From Torpedo marmorata (taxonomy: Eukaryota), in assembly GCA_977017645.1 (NCBI GenBank), contig OZ360239.1:29574001-29638000 (forward strand): a stretch of 64,000 bases of DNA, in the 5' to 3' direction. The translations under genes and the position numbers were made by a program. Under the pieces are notes generated by a model. It ran no database searches, had not been told where the DNA came from, and worked only from the letters and a program-made list of their open reading frames with translations. The stretch's first letter is position 1, and the number at the start of each line of letters is the position of its first letter. Of the stretch, positions 26,219 to 39,015 are shown piece by piece.

Positions 26219-26722
26219 AAAGACCCAAGATCCATGCCTTTAGTTATTTCATTTGCACTTTTGAAACCTTACTCTGTGGTAATGAGCAATAGAATTTGGA
26301 GCACATACTCTTGTTAAAGGCATCCTTAGGGTACACTGTGAGTGGTCACAGATAACCATTATTTCTCTTGACTGAAAAAACCAGAACCACTGAGCTTTGT
26401 TTTCCAGACCATTCTGAAGTACAATAGTCTATCATAGCATTTGACATTCTGTGGAAATAATACGAAAAAAAAATCATTTCTTGAATAAGTATGACTACCG
26501 GTACTTACAGAGAATACACAATTTGCTCAGTCTTTACTAATTATCTATCAGCATCCCAAGAATTGAATTTATATTATTTGTTATAAACACTTCTAAAAAC
26601 ATAAGAAATAATGTGTTATTCGTCCACCTCATGATAAATGGAGTCCATTCAATGCCATCTTGAAGTATGAGATTACTGGCAAGTTGCCCCCTCCCTGGCA
26701 CTATTCTTGCAAGCGCACTTAC

Positions 26723-27005
26723 CGTTTGCTGCTCTGTGTTTCCAGTCAAGCTCAAGAACTAGCCACTATGATGCTTCTGCAAAGCAGAGCCGGCCACAAG
26801 CTGCAACTAAGCCTCAGGCCCCAAAACGAGATTTCTTGATGACTTTGTGACAGATTATACGACAAATGAAGAACCAAGTCAAGAAAAATAAACAAATCAC
26901 TTCCTAATCAAGATCAGGGACATGCTTCCTCCGACTGCTTCAGAGGAGCCTGATGCAAAGTAGCCTCTCAGATCGGAATTTTTGTATTCAGCCTTAAACT
27001 AACTG
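26723..27005 (-). ncRNA. Candidate spliced non-coding exon (283 nt; lncRNA or 5' UTR)
   Basis: Minus: acceptor tgctttttgttttcag|cag (NAGNAG) and consensus donor acg|gtaagt; early stops in all three frames; unique sequence. Confidence 0.5.
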
Positions 27006-27067
27006 CTGAAAACAAAAAGCAGAGCAGGAGGGCATAATCACCAGCATCAAATCTCCAGGTCATTTCT

Positions 27068-28726
27068 TTCTTTTTTACATCTCTTTATTAATTCCATAAA
27101 ATCATGGATATAACAGTTCATTCACTATATACGTTTACAGAGAAAAAGCAAAGAAAAGCATTATCACATGTTCCATTACTCCATCCATAACAGAGTATAC
27201 ATTACAGATATATATCAATTTTTTTCTTTACAATTTAGTATTAATAATACCAATAGGTATAAAAAGAACCAAGCCACAAAAAAAAGATAATATAGTAATT
27301 TCATCGTAATACAATTTTTTATAAAAGCTAAAGCAATCTAAACGAGCTTACCACCTACCCCCACCCCAGAATTGCACTGGCCTGTAGAAATAATATAACT
27401 TCAAATCATGAGGAATCATAAACTCTGATAATAGACGATAAAGGAACCCCAAATATTAGTAAATTTTAGGTTTAATTTAATATTTGAACATCTAATTTTT
27501 TCTAATGTTAAATAGGACATTAAACTTGATAGCCAATCTTCATAGATAGAAGGATTACCATCCTTCCATTTTAGCAAGATCTGTCGCCTTGCAACCAGAG
27601 AAGAAAAATCAATCACATGTTTTTGATTATTAGTAAGATCATGATTACTAGAATCATTTATACCAAATATTGCTATAAATGGATTTGGATCTAATTGAGT
27701 AGCTAAAACCAAAGAAAGAGTACAAAAAATTTTGTTCCAAAATCTAACTAACTTAGGGCACAACCAAAACATATGAAATAATGTACCTTCATGAACATTA
27801 TATCTATCACACATAGATGATATATTTGATGACAATTTAGCCAGTAAAGATTTTGAGTAATGAGCTCTGTGAACTACTTTGAATTGAATTAAATTATGTC
27901 TTGCACATAATGAATAGGTATGGATACGGTCCAAAATATTGGACCACACTGAAGGTGAAAAAACTTCTAAAAAATCTCTTTCCCAAGCCTCCTTTATTTT
28001 ATCCACATGCTGCATCACATTTTCCTTTAAAAGGTTATAAAATATTGACAATGGTTTTGGTATATCAGGAGTGATAGTAAAAACCTTTTCTATGATTACT
28101 AACTTTAAATCTAAAGGAAACTCCAATCTCAAAGAATTTATAAAATTCCTAACTTGAAAGTATCTAAAATAATTGTTTCTAGATAAGTTATACTTATTTA
28201 CCATCTGTTCAAAAGAATATTTTGCCTAAATTTTTGTATGTATTCCAAGCACTTCCAGTATTTCTCCCTAAATTATTTTTCGTCTTTTAATTGGAATGGT
28301 AAAAGATCAAGAGTAAGAAAGGAAGTACTACAAAATGACAAACCACAGGGTGGTTTAGCTTTACCTAATTTCAGGAATTATTATTGGGCTGCTAATATTA
28401 GATTTATTAATATTTGGATACATTTTAAAGAATTATCAAGAAAGATTTAAATGGATGAAATCAGAAATGAAGGTTATAGGTAAACATTCGTTAGTATCTA
28501 TATTAGGAATGGCTTCACCCTTTAAATAATCCAAAATTTCTAATAACAAGATAGTTAAACAAATGTTAAAAATATGGTTCCAATTCAGAAAAGCAAATAA
28601 TTTCCTTAATTTTTTTGCTTGATAGTACAATAAATTTCAATACCTTTTTTACCCCAGCTAGTGGGGATAGAGGGTTCCAGATTTGGCAAGATCACGGTAT
28701 ATGTTCATTTAAAGACTTGTTTAGAT
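27068..28726 (-). mobile_element. L1 family B with twin-priming 5' inversion
   Basis: 27068-28213 on minus is near-identical to 15759-16905; 28214-28726 is inverted; perfect 14-bp TSD tccaggtcatttct (27054-27067, 28727-28740). Confidence 0.92.
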
Positions 28727-29214
28727 TCCAGGTCATTTCTGACATCAGTGTTTCAATGTACAAGTGCAGAACAGAGTGACCAGCAAGAAGAACTTTGCTG
28801 CTGGCAATTCTCAATAGAACCACTGGCAGGCTCGTCTGATTCAACCGAAACCTTTCACAAGTTTCCTTGAATTAATTAACAAGAACAAGAACAATGGACT
28901 GTCACAAATCTTGATTTAGGACTATAGCTTACAGGCAAAATATATTTTTCTGGTGTATTTATGGAAACTTCAGCCTAAAATTAAGTAAGCAGCTATCAGT
29001 GTTGACACAAGGCCAAATTAGTCTTGTTCTGTCAAGAAAGCTGCAATAAAGTTAAATTTAAATATCCATGCAAAATTACCGTTAACTCCAAGATATTTAG
29101 AATTTCTCAAATCACTGTACATTTTGCATCTTGAGAGGCATATGTCATGCAAAATGCTTCATTTGCTGCAGTATGTTCACTCAAGACAAATGCGACATTG
29201 ATATTAAAACAAAA

Positions 29215-29345
29215 ATAAAATGGTGCAGATGGTGGAAACGTGAAATATAAACAGAAGCTGCTGGAAATATTCTGAAGGACAAGGAACATTTTGTGGAGAG
29301 AGAAAAATAGGGATAACATTTCAGGTTGATGACCTGAAAAGGTTT
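29215..29345 (-). mobile_element. Penelope-like pseudo-LTR relic
   Basis: gcagatggtggaaac...gctggaaatattc...aacatttcaggttgatgacc, similar to the other pLTRs in the window. Confidence 0.55.
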
Positions 29346-29486
29346 TACTGTTAATTAACCTGCCAACTAAGTTATATAAGCTGACCTGTATCTCGCAGAG
29401 GATTATGCCAGCTCTTCGATATCTTCTCTGCATCAGTTAACTTTAGGCTATGATTTCCCACAGTCACTCACTTCCAGTTCCTCTGG

Positions 29487-30290
29487 TTCAAGTTCATTGT
29501 TATCTGATTGTACATTTACAACCTGATGAAACAGTGTATCTCTGGACCATGGGGCACACACACATAGACAACCAGTACACACAAACAACATGTAGACACA
29601 GCAATCCAAAATAAATTGGACAAAAATAATTTACGGGTTTCTTGGGTTATTCAACATTCTCAATGCTTGCGGGAAGAAGCTGTTTCTCAGCCTGGCAGTC
29701 TTGGCTTTTCTGCTCCTGTACCTCTTCCATGAAGATAGTGTCTCAAATAGACTGCAGGCTGGATGGTAAGGGTCCTCAATGATTTTCTGAGCACTCTTTA
29801 AGCATCGCTCCCTGTAGATAATGTCAATAGAGGGAAGGGAGACCCCAGTGATCATCTCAGCAGTTTTACTCACCCTCTATACTAACCTCCGATCTGCTGC
29901 TTTGTAGCTGTTATGCCACACTATGATGCAGCTGGGCAGGACATTATTTTGCTCCTGGAGAACATTGTTAGAATGGTGGTCAATAGCCTTGCCCTCCTCA
30001 ACCTCCTTAGGAAGTGCAGGCGCTGCTGCCTCTTCCTGACTAATGAGGAGGTGTTGTGGGTCCAGGATAAGTCATCCTTTAAATGGATGCCAAGGAGCTT
30101 TGTGCTCCCAACTTTCTCCACGACAGAGCCATTGTTATAAAGTGGGGAATGGTCCTTCGGCCTTCTAAAGTCCACAATCATCTCCTTTGTCTTGTCCACA
30201 TTGAGACTCAGGTTGTTGCTCTTCCACCACTGTATAAGCCTTTCAACCTCCTCTTTTTAAGCTGACCCATCATTGTCTATGAGGCCAGCC
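29487..30290 (-). mobile_element. Rex1/Babar 3' fragment
   Basis: KTKEMIVDFRR, RLHFLRRLR and RLRNSFFPQA; ttcaagttc tail at 29487. Confidence 0.88.
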
Positions 30291-31255
30291 AAAGTTCAAA
30301 TTTATTGTCAGAGTACATACATGACATCACATACAACCCTGAGATTCTTTTTCCTGTGGGCCAGGAATAATTTCTACTTATCGGTAATGCAACAAGAAAG
30401 TTTACTCAAGAAAGGATACGTATCTTGATCAATCTGAGATTTATACAAATTCAAATAATAATCTTTCAAAGAATCATTTATTTCTCGAGGTTTATACGTT
30501 ATTTCCCTAGAATTTTTTTTATAGCATTTATAGTTCTAGAAGATTGATCTTTTTTTAATTGCCATGCCAAAACTTTATGTGCTCTTTCCCCTAATTCATA
30601 ATATCTTTGTTTAGTTCTTTCAATTAATTTTTCCATTTTATATGTTTGTAATAAATTATAATGCAATTTTTTTCCAACTAGATTATTCCTTTTTTGATCT
30701 GATCTATTTTTTTTGCAAATCTTTCTCCAAATATTCAATCTCCTTCTCTAAATTGTCTACCTCCCAAAGATAATCCTTCTTAATTTTAGCTGAATAACTA
30801 ATTATTTGACCTCTTAAATAAGCCTTTAAAGCTTCCCAAATAATAAATTTATTATCAGTAGAATTAGAATTTATTTGTAAAAATTCCTGAATTTCCCTTC
30901 TCATATAATCACAAAAATCCCTTCTTTTTATTAAAGAAGAATTAAATCTCCAGATATATAGTTTTCTCTTTTTCCGGAATTATACAAGATATTAATAAAG
31001 GTGAATGATCAGAAATTATTCTCGCTTTATAAGATGCTTGTGTTATTCTGTCTTGAACCTGTGAAGACAATAAAAATAAATCTATCCTAGAATATGAATC
31101 GTGTCTAAAAGAATAAAAAGAATAATCTTTTTCTCTAGGATTCAATTGTCTCCAAATATCTATTAAATTTAAATCTTTCATCAAAGAGAATTATTTTAAA
31201 GATTATTATTTGAATTTGTATAAATCTCAGATTGATCAAGATGATTCTAAAATTA

Positions 31256-33363
31256 TGTCCGTTATCACCTGCATTATTTGTTTTAGCAATTGAACCTTTG
31301 GCGGAATTAATTAGACAAGATATTAAGATTGCGGGTATTAAAGTTGGAAATGAAGAACATAAGATTAATTTATTTGCAGATGATGTATTGATATATATGA
31401 CAAAACCTATTACTTCTTTAATACATTTGGATGTTATACTGAGGGAATATGGGGAGATTTCTGGTTATAAAATTAATTCTGATAAAAGTGAAATTATGGC
31501 ATTAACACAAGATGATTATAGTAAATGTAAAGAAATTACACAATTTAAATGGTCAAACGAAGGAATTAAATATTTAGGTATAAAGATAGATACTAAACTA
31601 GCCAACTTGTATAAATTAAATTACTTACCATTATTTGCGAAAATTAAAGAAGATTTGGAAAGTTGGAAAGATTTACCTATAACTTTATTAGGAAGGGTAA
31701 ATTGTATTAAAATGAATATCTTTCCAAGGATTCAATATCTTTTTCAATCAATTCCATATGAAATTCCTCAAAAATTTTTTAAAGATTTAAATTTTATTAT
31801 TAGGAAGTTTTTGTGGAAAGGTAAATTGGCTAGAGTAGCTATGGAAAAATTAACTTGGAATTATGAATTGGGTGGATTACAACTGCCTAATTTTCAAAAT
31901 TATTATAAAGCAGCTCAACTATGGTTTATTAATGAATTGTTGGACTTAACAAAAGATTCGGCATGGATCCGGATAGAATTAAATAATATAGGAGAAGATT
32001 TGAAGGAAGAAGTTATTTATAAATGGAATTCTAAATTAATATTGATAAATGGTAAAAATTCTCCTATTTTCAAACATTTATTAGAAATATGGAATAGATT
32101 GGATAAAGAGATAGGAGCGAAAGGTTTAATTTCGCCAAATATGCCTTTATATCAAAATAGACTTATTCCGTTTGCTTTTAATAATCAGTTATTTAAAATT
32201 TGGTTTTTAAAGGGAATTAAGAAGGTAAATGATTGTTTTGAAGCTGGTAAATTTATTACTTTTCAAAGAATGAAAGATAAATTTAATATATTAAATAATA
32301 CATATTTTGCCTATTTTCAAATTAAAGCTTTTTTAGTTGAAAAACTGGGTCATAATTTGGTTTTACCTCGACAAAGTGAATTTGAATTATTAGTTACAAA
32401 CGGAGGTGTAAATAAATTTATTTCTCAAATGTATAGATTATTACAGAGGAAAATGCCTAAGGTAGCAATTCATAAATCAAGATTAAAATGGGAATTAGAT
32501 TTGAATGTAACTATAGAAGAAAAACATTGGAAAGATTTATGTAAATTAAGTATGACTAAAATTATTAATGTCAGATATAGATTAGTGCAATATAATTTTT
32601 TTCATCAATTATATTTGACACCTAAAAAATTAAAGAAGTTTAATCCAGCGTTATCAGATATGTGTTTTAGATGTAATGGGGAAGAAGGTTCTTTTGTACA
32701 TTCTACTTGGTTTTGTCCGAAGATTCAGGATTTTTGGTTTAAAGTTAAGGAATTTTTAGATAAAGTATTAAGAAATATACTCCCAATGGACCCGATGATA
32801 TTTTTATTTGGTGATATTAAAAGAATTAGTATTATGATGAATTTAAATATGTATCAAATTGAGTTTTTGAGAATTGCTTTAGCGGTTGCTAAGAAATGTA
32901 TCGCTATCACTTGGAAATCTGATGTAGACTTAGGTTTAGAAAGGTGGCACGCAGAACTTCGTTCTTGTATACCACTTGAAAAAATTACTTATAATTTACG
33001 TAACAAATATCATTTCTTTTTGAAAATATGGAGCCCATATATAAAATTGGTCGGCTTAAAAATAAAAATTTGAAGATCTCTGAACATTGGATCAGATTGG
33101 TAACCTAATTTCCACAGAATTTTAGTTTATAGTTATTTTTTAGTTTAGATTGACATTCTCCTTAGTTTTTCTTTTTCTTTTCTTTACTTTATTTTATTTT
33201 ATTTTATAGATTAGTAGGGGTGGGAGGGTTAGGGAGGGGTGGGGGGGTTAGGGTGGGGAGGGTGGTTGGGAGGGAGAAAATATATCACATGTATTTTGAT
33301 AATTTTGAGATTTATATAATGTATTTTGTGATTTAAAATTTTAAATAAAATATTCAAAAAAAA
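31256..33363 (+). mobile_element. Young 5'-truncated L1 family A nested in another L1-A
   Basis: Uninterrupted ORF2 C-terminal ~600 aa; 3' UTR and poly(A); TSD aagatgattctaaaatta at 31238-31255 and 33364-33381. Confidence 0.93.
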
Positions 33364-35507
33364 AAGATGATTCTAAAATTAATAGATTTTTATCTAAAAT
33401 TACATTACCTAAATTAAATACTCAAAGCAAAGATTTTTTGGATTTGCCTTTCTCAATGAGGGAAGTTAATGAGGTTCTTACTTCTTTAACGAGTGGTAAA
33501 TCTCCAGGGGAAGATGGATTTCCATCAGAATTTTATAAAGAGTTTAAAGATCTATTGATACCTCCGTATATGGATGTATTGAAACAAATTACGGAAACTC
33601 ATTCGTTACCGGATACATTTTTGAATGCAATAATTACAGTTATACCTAAAAAAGATAGAGACGTGTTGAAAACAGAATCATACAGACCTATTTCATTGTT
33701 AAATGTAGACTATAAGATAATGGCAAAAATTTTAGCAAATAGAATGGCTAATTATTTACCAGACTTAATTCATGTAGATCAAGCTGGTTTTATTAAAAAT
33801 AGATATTCAAAAGATAATATAGCTAGATTAATTAGTTTAATTAATTTGCATAAAAAGAAGGAAGATTTACCATTAGTATTAACGCTAGATGCTGAAAAGG
33901 CTTTTGATAGATTAGAGTGGAATTTTTTATTTAAGGTATTGGAGAAATTTGGTTTCGGAACTACATTTATTAATTGGATTAAAACTATATATAAAGAACC
34001 ATCTGCTAAAGTAGTTACAAATGGACAAACTTCTTCAAGATTTCCCCTGACTAGATCTACTAGACAAGGATGTCCTTTGTCACCAGCATTGTTTACTTTA
34101 GCGATAGAACCTTTGGCAGAATTAGAAAAGATGTTAAAATTGTAGGTATTAAAGTTGGAATGGAAGAACATAAAATTAGTTTATTTGCAGATGATGTATT
34201 GATATATATGACAAAACCTATTGCATCTTTAGTACAATTGTCTGCTTTATTGAGAGAATATGGGGAAATATCTGGATATAAGATTAATTCTGATAAAAGT
34301 GAAATTATGGCATTAACGCAAGGGGATTATAGTAAATGTAAAGAAATTACACAATTTAAATGGTCAAAAGAAGGAATTAAATATTTGGAATAAAGATTGA
34401 TACAAAATTGGCTAATTTATATAAATTAAATTATTTACCATTGTTTATAAAAATTAAAAAAGATTTAGAAAATTGGAAAGATTTACCTATAACTTTAATG
34501 GGAAGGGTAAATTGTATTAAAATGAATGTTTTTCCAAGAATTCAATATCTTTTTCAATCAATTCCTTAAGAAATTCCTCAAAAAATTTTTAAAGATTTAA
34601 ATTCAATTATTAGGAAGTTTTTATGGAAAGGAAAGTTGGCAAGGGTAGGCATAGAAAAATTAACTTGGAATTATGAAATGGGTGGTTTACAACTTCCTAA
34701 TTTTCAAAATTATTATAAAGCAGCTCAATTAAAATTTGTTAATGAATTTTTTGATTTAACTAAATCTTTGTTTTGAGGCTGGAAGATTTGTTACGTTTCA
34801 AAGATTCAAGGAAAATTTTAATGTATTAGACAATACATGGTTAGCTTATTATCAAGTTAAAGCTTTTTTGATTGAGAAATTAGGAGAAGATTTGATTGCT
34901 CCAAGACATAATGAGTTAGAATTATTAATAACTAAAGCAAATGTTAATAAGTTTATTTCTCAAATGTATAAATTATTTCAGAGAAAAATGCCTAAAGTAG
35001 GATTACATAAATCAAGACTAAAATGGGAATTAGATTTAAATGTTAATATAGCAGAAAATCATTGGAAAGATTTATGTAAGTTAAGTATGACTAAAGTTAT
35101 TAATGTTAGATATAGATTAGTACAATATAATTTTTTTCATCAACTATATTTAACACCAAAAAAATTAAAGAAATTTAATCCGACATTGTCGGACTTGTGT
35201 TTTAGATGTAAGAATGAAGTAGGTTCTTTTGTTCATTCTACATGGTTATGCCCAAAGATTCAAGATTTTTGGTTGAAAGTTAAGAATTTTTTAGATAGAG
35301 TTTTTAACGTTATGTTTCCAATGGACCCTATGTTATTTTTATTTGGAGATATTAGAAAATTTAGTATTAGGAATAGATTGAATATGTATCAGGTAGAATT
35401 TTTGCAAATTGTTTTAGCCGTTTCAAAAAAATGCATTGCTATTACTTGGAAATCAGATTTAGATTTAAGTTTAGAAAGGTGGCATGCTGAACTTCGTTCA
35501 TGTATAC

Positions 35508-35871
35508 CATTAGAAAAGATTACTTATAATTTACGCAATAAGTATCATTCTTTTTTGAAAATTTGGAGCCCATATATGAGAGTTATGGGTTAAACGATTT
35601 GAAAATCTCTAGATATCAGGTCTACTGGCGAGTTTAACCTCCATGATAGAATTAGTTTGTAGATGGTTCTCCCCTCACTATTATTCTATCATTAGAAAAG
35701 ATTACTTATAATTTACGCAATAAGTATCATTCTTTTTTGAAAATTTGGAGCCCATATATGAGAGTTATGGGTTAAACGATTTGAAAATCTCTAGATATCA
35801 GGTCTACTGGCGAGTTTAACCTCCATGATAGAATTAGTTTGTAGATGGTTCTCCCCTCACTATTATTCTAT
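35508..35871. repeat. 182-bp direct tandem duplication spanning the L1 ORF2 stop and proximal 3' UTR
   Basis: cattagaaaagattac...cactattattctatc repeated at 35508 and 35690; no mismatch seen. Confidence 0.92.
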
Positions 35872-38800
35872 CTTTTTCTTCTTTCTTTTTTACTATACTT
35901 TATATTTTTTTTTATTATATATTTTTTTAATTAGAATAGTGGGGATGGGGGGGTTTGGGAAGGGAGGGTGGGTACGGGAGGAGAAAATATATATCACATG
36001 TATTTTGAAAGCTATACATTTTAATCTATGTATTTTGTGATTCAAAAATTTAAATAAAATAATAAAAAAATAAATAAATAAAGAGGAAGGTTCTTTCGTA
36101 CATTCTACATGGTTTTGTCCAAAAGTTTATGATTTTTGGTTGAAAGTTAAAAAAATTTTAGATAAAGTATTAAAGATCACATTCCCAATGGATCCTATGA
36201 TATTTTTGTTTGGAGATATTAAAAAAGTTAGTATTAAGATGAAATTAAATATGTATCAAATAGAATTTTTACGAATTGCTTTAGGTGTTTCTAAGAAATG
36301 CATTGCTATTACATGGAAATCTGATTTAGATTTAGGGTTAGAAAGATGGCATGCAGAACATCGTTCATGCATACCACTTGAAAAAATTACTTACAATTTA
36401 CGTAATAAGTATCATTTCTTTTTTAAAATTTGGAGCCCATATATGAAAGCTGTCGGTTTAAGGATTTGAAGATCTCTGGACATCGGATCTACTGGCGAAC
36501 CTAACCTCCATAATAGAATTAGTTTATAGATCTATTTTTTAGATTGACATTCTCCTTACTCTATCCTTTTCTTTCTTTTTATTTTATTTTTATTTTATAT
36601 TTTTTATTTTATTAGATTAGTAGGGATGGGAGGGTATGGGAGGGGAGGGCGGGAAGCGGGGTGAAAATGTATCACAAGTATTTTGATAATTTTATATTTT
36701 ACCTTATGTATTTTGTGATTTAAAATTTTAAATAAAATATTTTTTAAAAAAAAGAAAGGATACGTATACAAAAGAGAAATGTAAACAAAGAAAGAAATGT
36801 AAACAAATTGATTGTGCAATACAGAAAATAAATATTCAATAATAAATAATGTGCAAAGTAAGAGTTCTGAAATGAGTCTCTGATTGAATTTGTTGTTGAG
36901 GAGTCTGATGGTGAAGGAGTAGCAACTGTTCCTGAACCTGGTGGTACAAGTCTTGTGGCACCTTTACCTCTTTCCTGATGGCAGCAGCGAGAACAGAGCA
37001 CGTCCTGGGTGCTGTGGAACTTTGATGAATGCTGCTGCTCTCCGACGGCAGCGTTCCATGTAGATTTCCTCGATGATGGCAAGCGCATTGCCTGTTATGT
37101 ACTGGACTGTGTCCACTACCTTTTGTACGGCTTTCCGCTCAGATGTATTGGTGCCCCCATACCAGGCCATGATCCAGCCGGTCAACACACTTTCCACCAC
37201 ACATCTGTCGAATTTTGCCAAGGTTTCTGATGTCATACTAAACCGCCGCAAACTCCTGAGGAAGTACAGGCACTGAAGTGCTTTCTTTATGATGATATTT
37301 GTGTGTTGGGTCCAAGAAAAGTCCTCAGAGATAGTGACCCCCAGGATTTTAAATTTGCTCATCCTCTCCACCTCTGATTCCCCAATGATCACTGGATCGT
37401 GCACCTCTGGTTTTCCCCTCCTAAAGTCCAGTATTAGCACCTTGGTTTTGGTAACATTGAGAGCAAGGTTATTTTTCGTTACACCATTCAGTCAAGTTTT
37501 CAATCTCCCCCCTTTATGCTGACTCATCGCCCCCCCATTTGTTTTTTAACAACCCACTACCGTGATATCATCACCAACTTTGTGGATGGTGTTATTTTTG
37601 TATCGAGCCACACAGTCATAGGTGTAAAGCGAGTAGAGCAGGGGGCTAAGAACAGCCCTGTGGTGCTCCGGTACTGATGAAGATTGTGGAGGAGATGTTC
37701 TTACCAATCCTCACTGAATGTGGTCTGGAGGTGAGGAAATCCAGAATCCAATTACACAGTGGGGTATCGAGGCCCAGGACTTGGAGTTTGCTGATCAGTT
37801 TTGAGGGGATGATGGTGTTCAATGCCGAACTGTAGTCGATAAGGAGCATCCTGATGTATGCATCTTTGCTGTCCAGGTGTTCCAGGGCTTTGTGTAGAGC
37901 CAGTAAGATGGCATCTGCCATAGACCTATTCTGCGGTAGGCAAATTGGAACGGATCCATGTTGCCACTCAGACAGGAGCTGACATGCTTCAACACCAGCC
38001 GTTCAAAACACTTCATCACATTGGATGTGAGTGCCACTGATCGGTAGTCATTTAGCAGGTGACCACACTCTTCTTGGGCACTGGTATCATTGAGGCCTAT
38101 TCGAAACAGGTCGGTACTATCTGTGAATACATTGGCAAGTTGGTCAGCATAGGTTTTCTGTTCTCGGCCGGGTACTCCCCCCGGACCGGATGCTTTCCTT
38201 GGATTCACTCTCCTGAAGGCAGCCCACACGTCACCCTTGGATACTGACAGTTGAGGATCATCAGGGGACATGGGGGTGTGCAGCAGTTGTTCCTTGTTTT
38301 GGTGGTGAAAAGTGGCATAGAAAGCATAGAGTTCACCTGGGAGTTAAGTTTTCTGTCTCCTACTGAACCAGATTTGAGATTGCAGCAGGTTATGTTATTT
38401 AGGCCCTGCCACAGCTGTTGGGTATCCTTCGTGTTTCCATACTCATCCGGAATCTTCACATTACTTTTCATAGGTTGTACCTGCTCCTTACATAGTGTTC
38501 TGGAACTCCGGACTTAAATGCCTGTGATCGGGCTATCAGCAGGTTCCGGATTTCATTGTACATCCAGGGCTTCTGGTTGGGGAAAACCCTGAATGATTTG
38601 GAGGGGACACACTCGTCAACAGCTGCTTTGATAAAGTCTGTAACAGCCCTGGTGTAATCATTCAAATCCTCAGCTTTCTTTAACACTACACTGACTCAAG
38701 GCATCTCTGTATCCGTTCTTCAGCCTCCTGCGACAATCTTCTGCCTGTCCTCATCTGTGGTGCCTCTTTGTAAGCTCTGTCTGTATGAAGACAGAAGGAG

Positions 38801-39015
38801 CACAGCCAGGTGATCCGACTTGCCAAAATGCGGTCTCGGTTAAGAACGGTACGCCATCCTTATCTTGGAGTAGCAGTAATCGAGTGTGATGGGACCTCTG
38901 CTACAGCAGATTACGTGCTGGTGGTAATTGGGCAGGGTTTTCTTGAGACAGGCTTGGTTAAAGTCACCGACTACGATTTGTCATGTGTAGGGGTGGGCCG
39001 TCTCTTGTTTACTGA

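Larger units (their letters stand above)
30424..36751 (+). mobile_element. Compound L1 family A insertion (inverted 5' EN segment 30424-31185, body to 36075, extra L1 3' end 36076-36751)
   Basis: Perfect 16-bp TSD aagaaaggatacgtat at 30408-30423 and 36752-36767; EN motifs on minus (DIWRQLNP, SRIDLFL, ISDHSP); RT on plus from 33438. Confidence 0.9.

Noticed and set aside
15772-28213. Segmental duplication between 15.8-16.9 kb and 27.1-28.2 kb
   Set aside because: Independent insertions of one L1 family, with different TSDs and different inversion breakpoints.
31232-33073. 613-aa ORF (and the 599-aa ORF 40862..42661) as host genes
   Set aside because: Both are 5'-truncated L1 ORF2 fragments inside TSD-bounded insertions; their start codons come from flanking sequence.
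33225-33256. Interstitial telomere (TTAGGG)
   Set aside because: Isolated hexamers within the L1 3' UTR G-tract, not an array.
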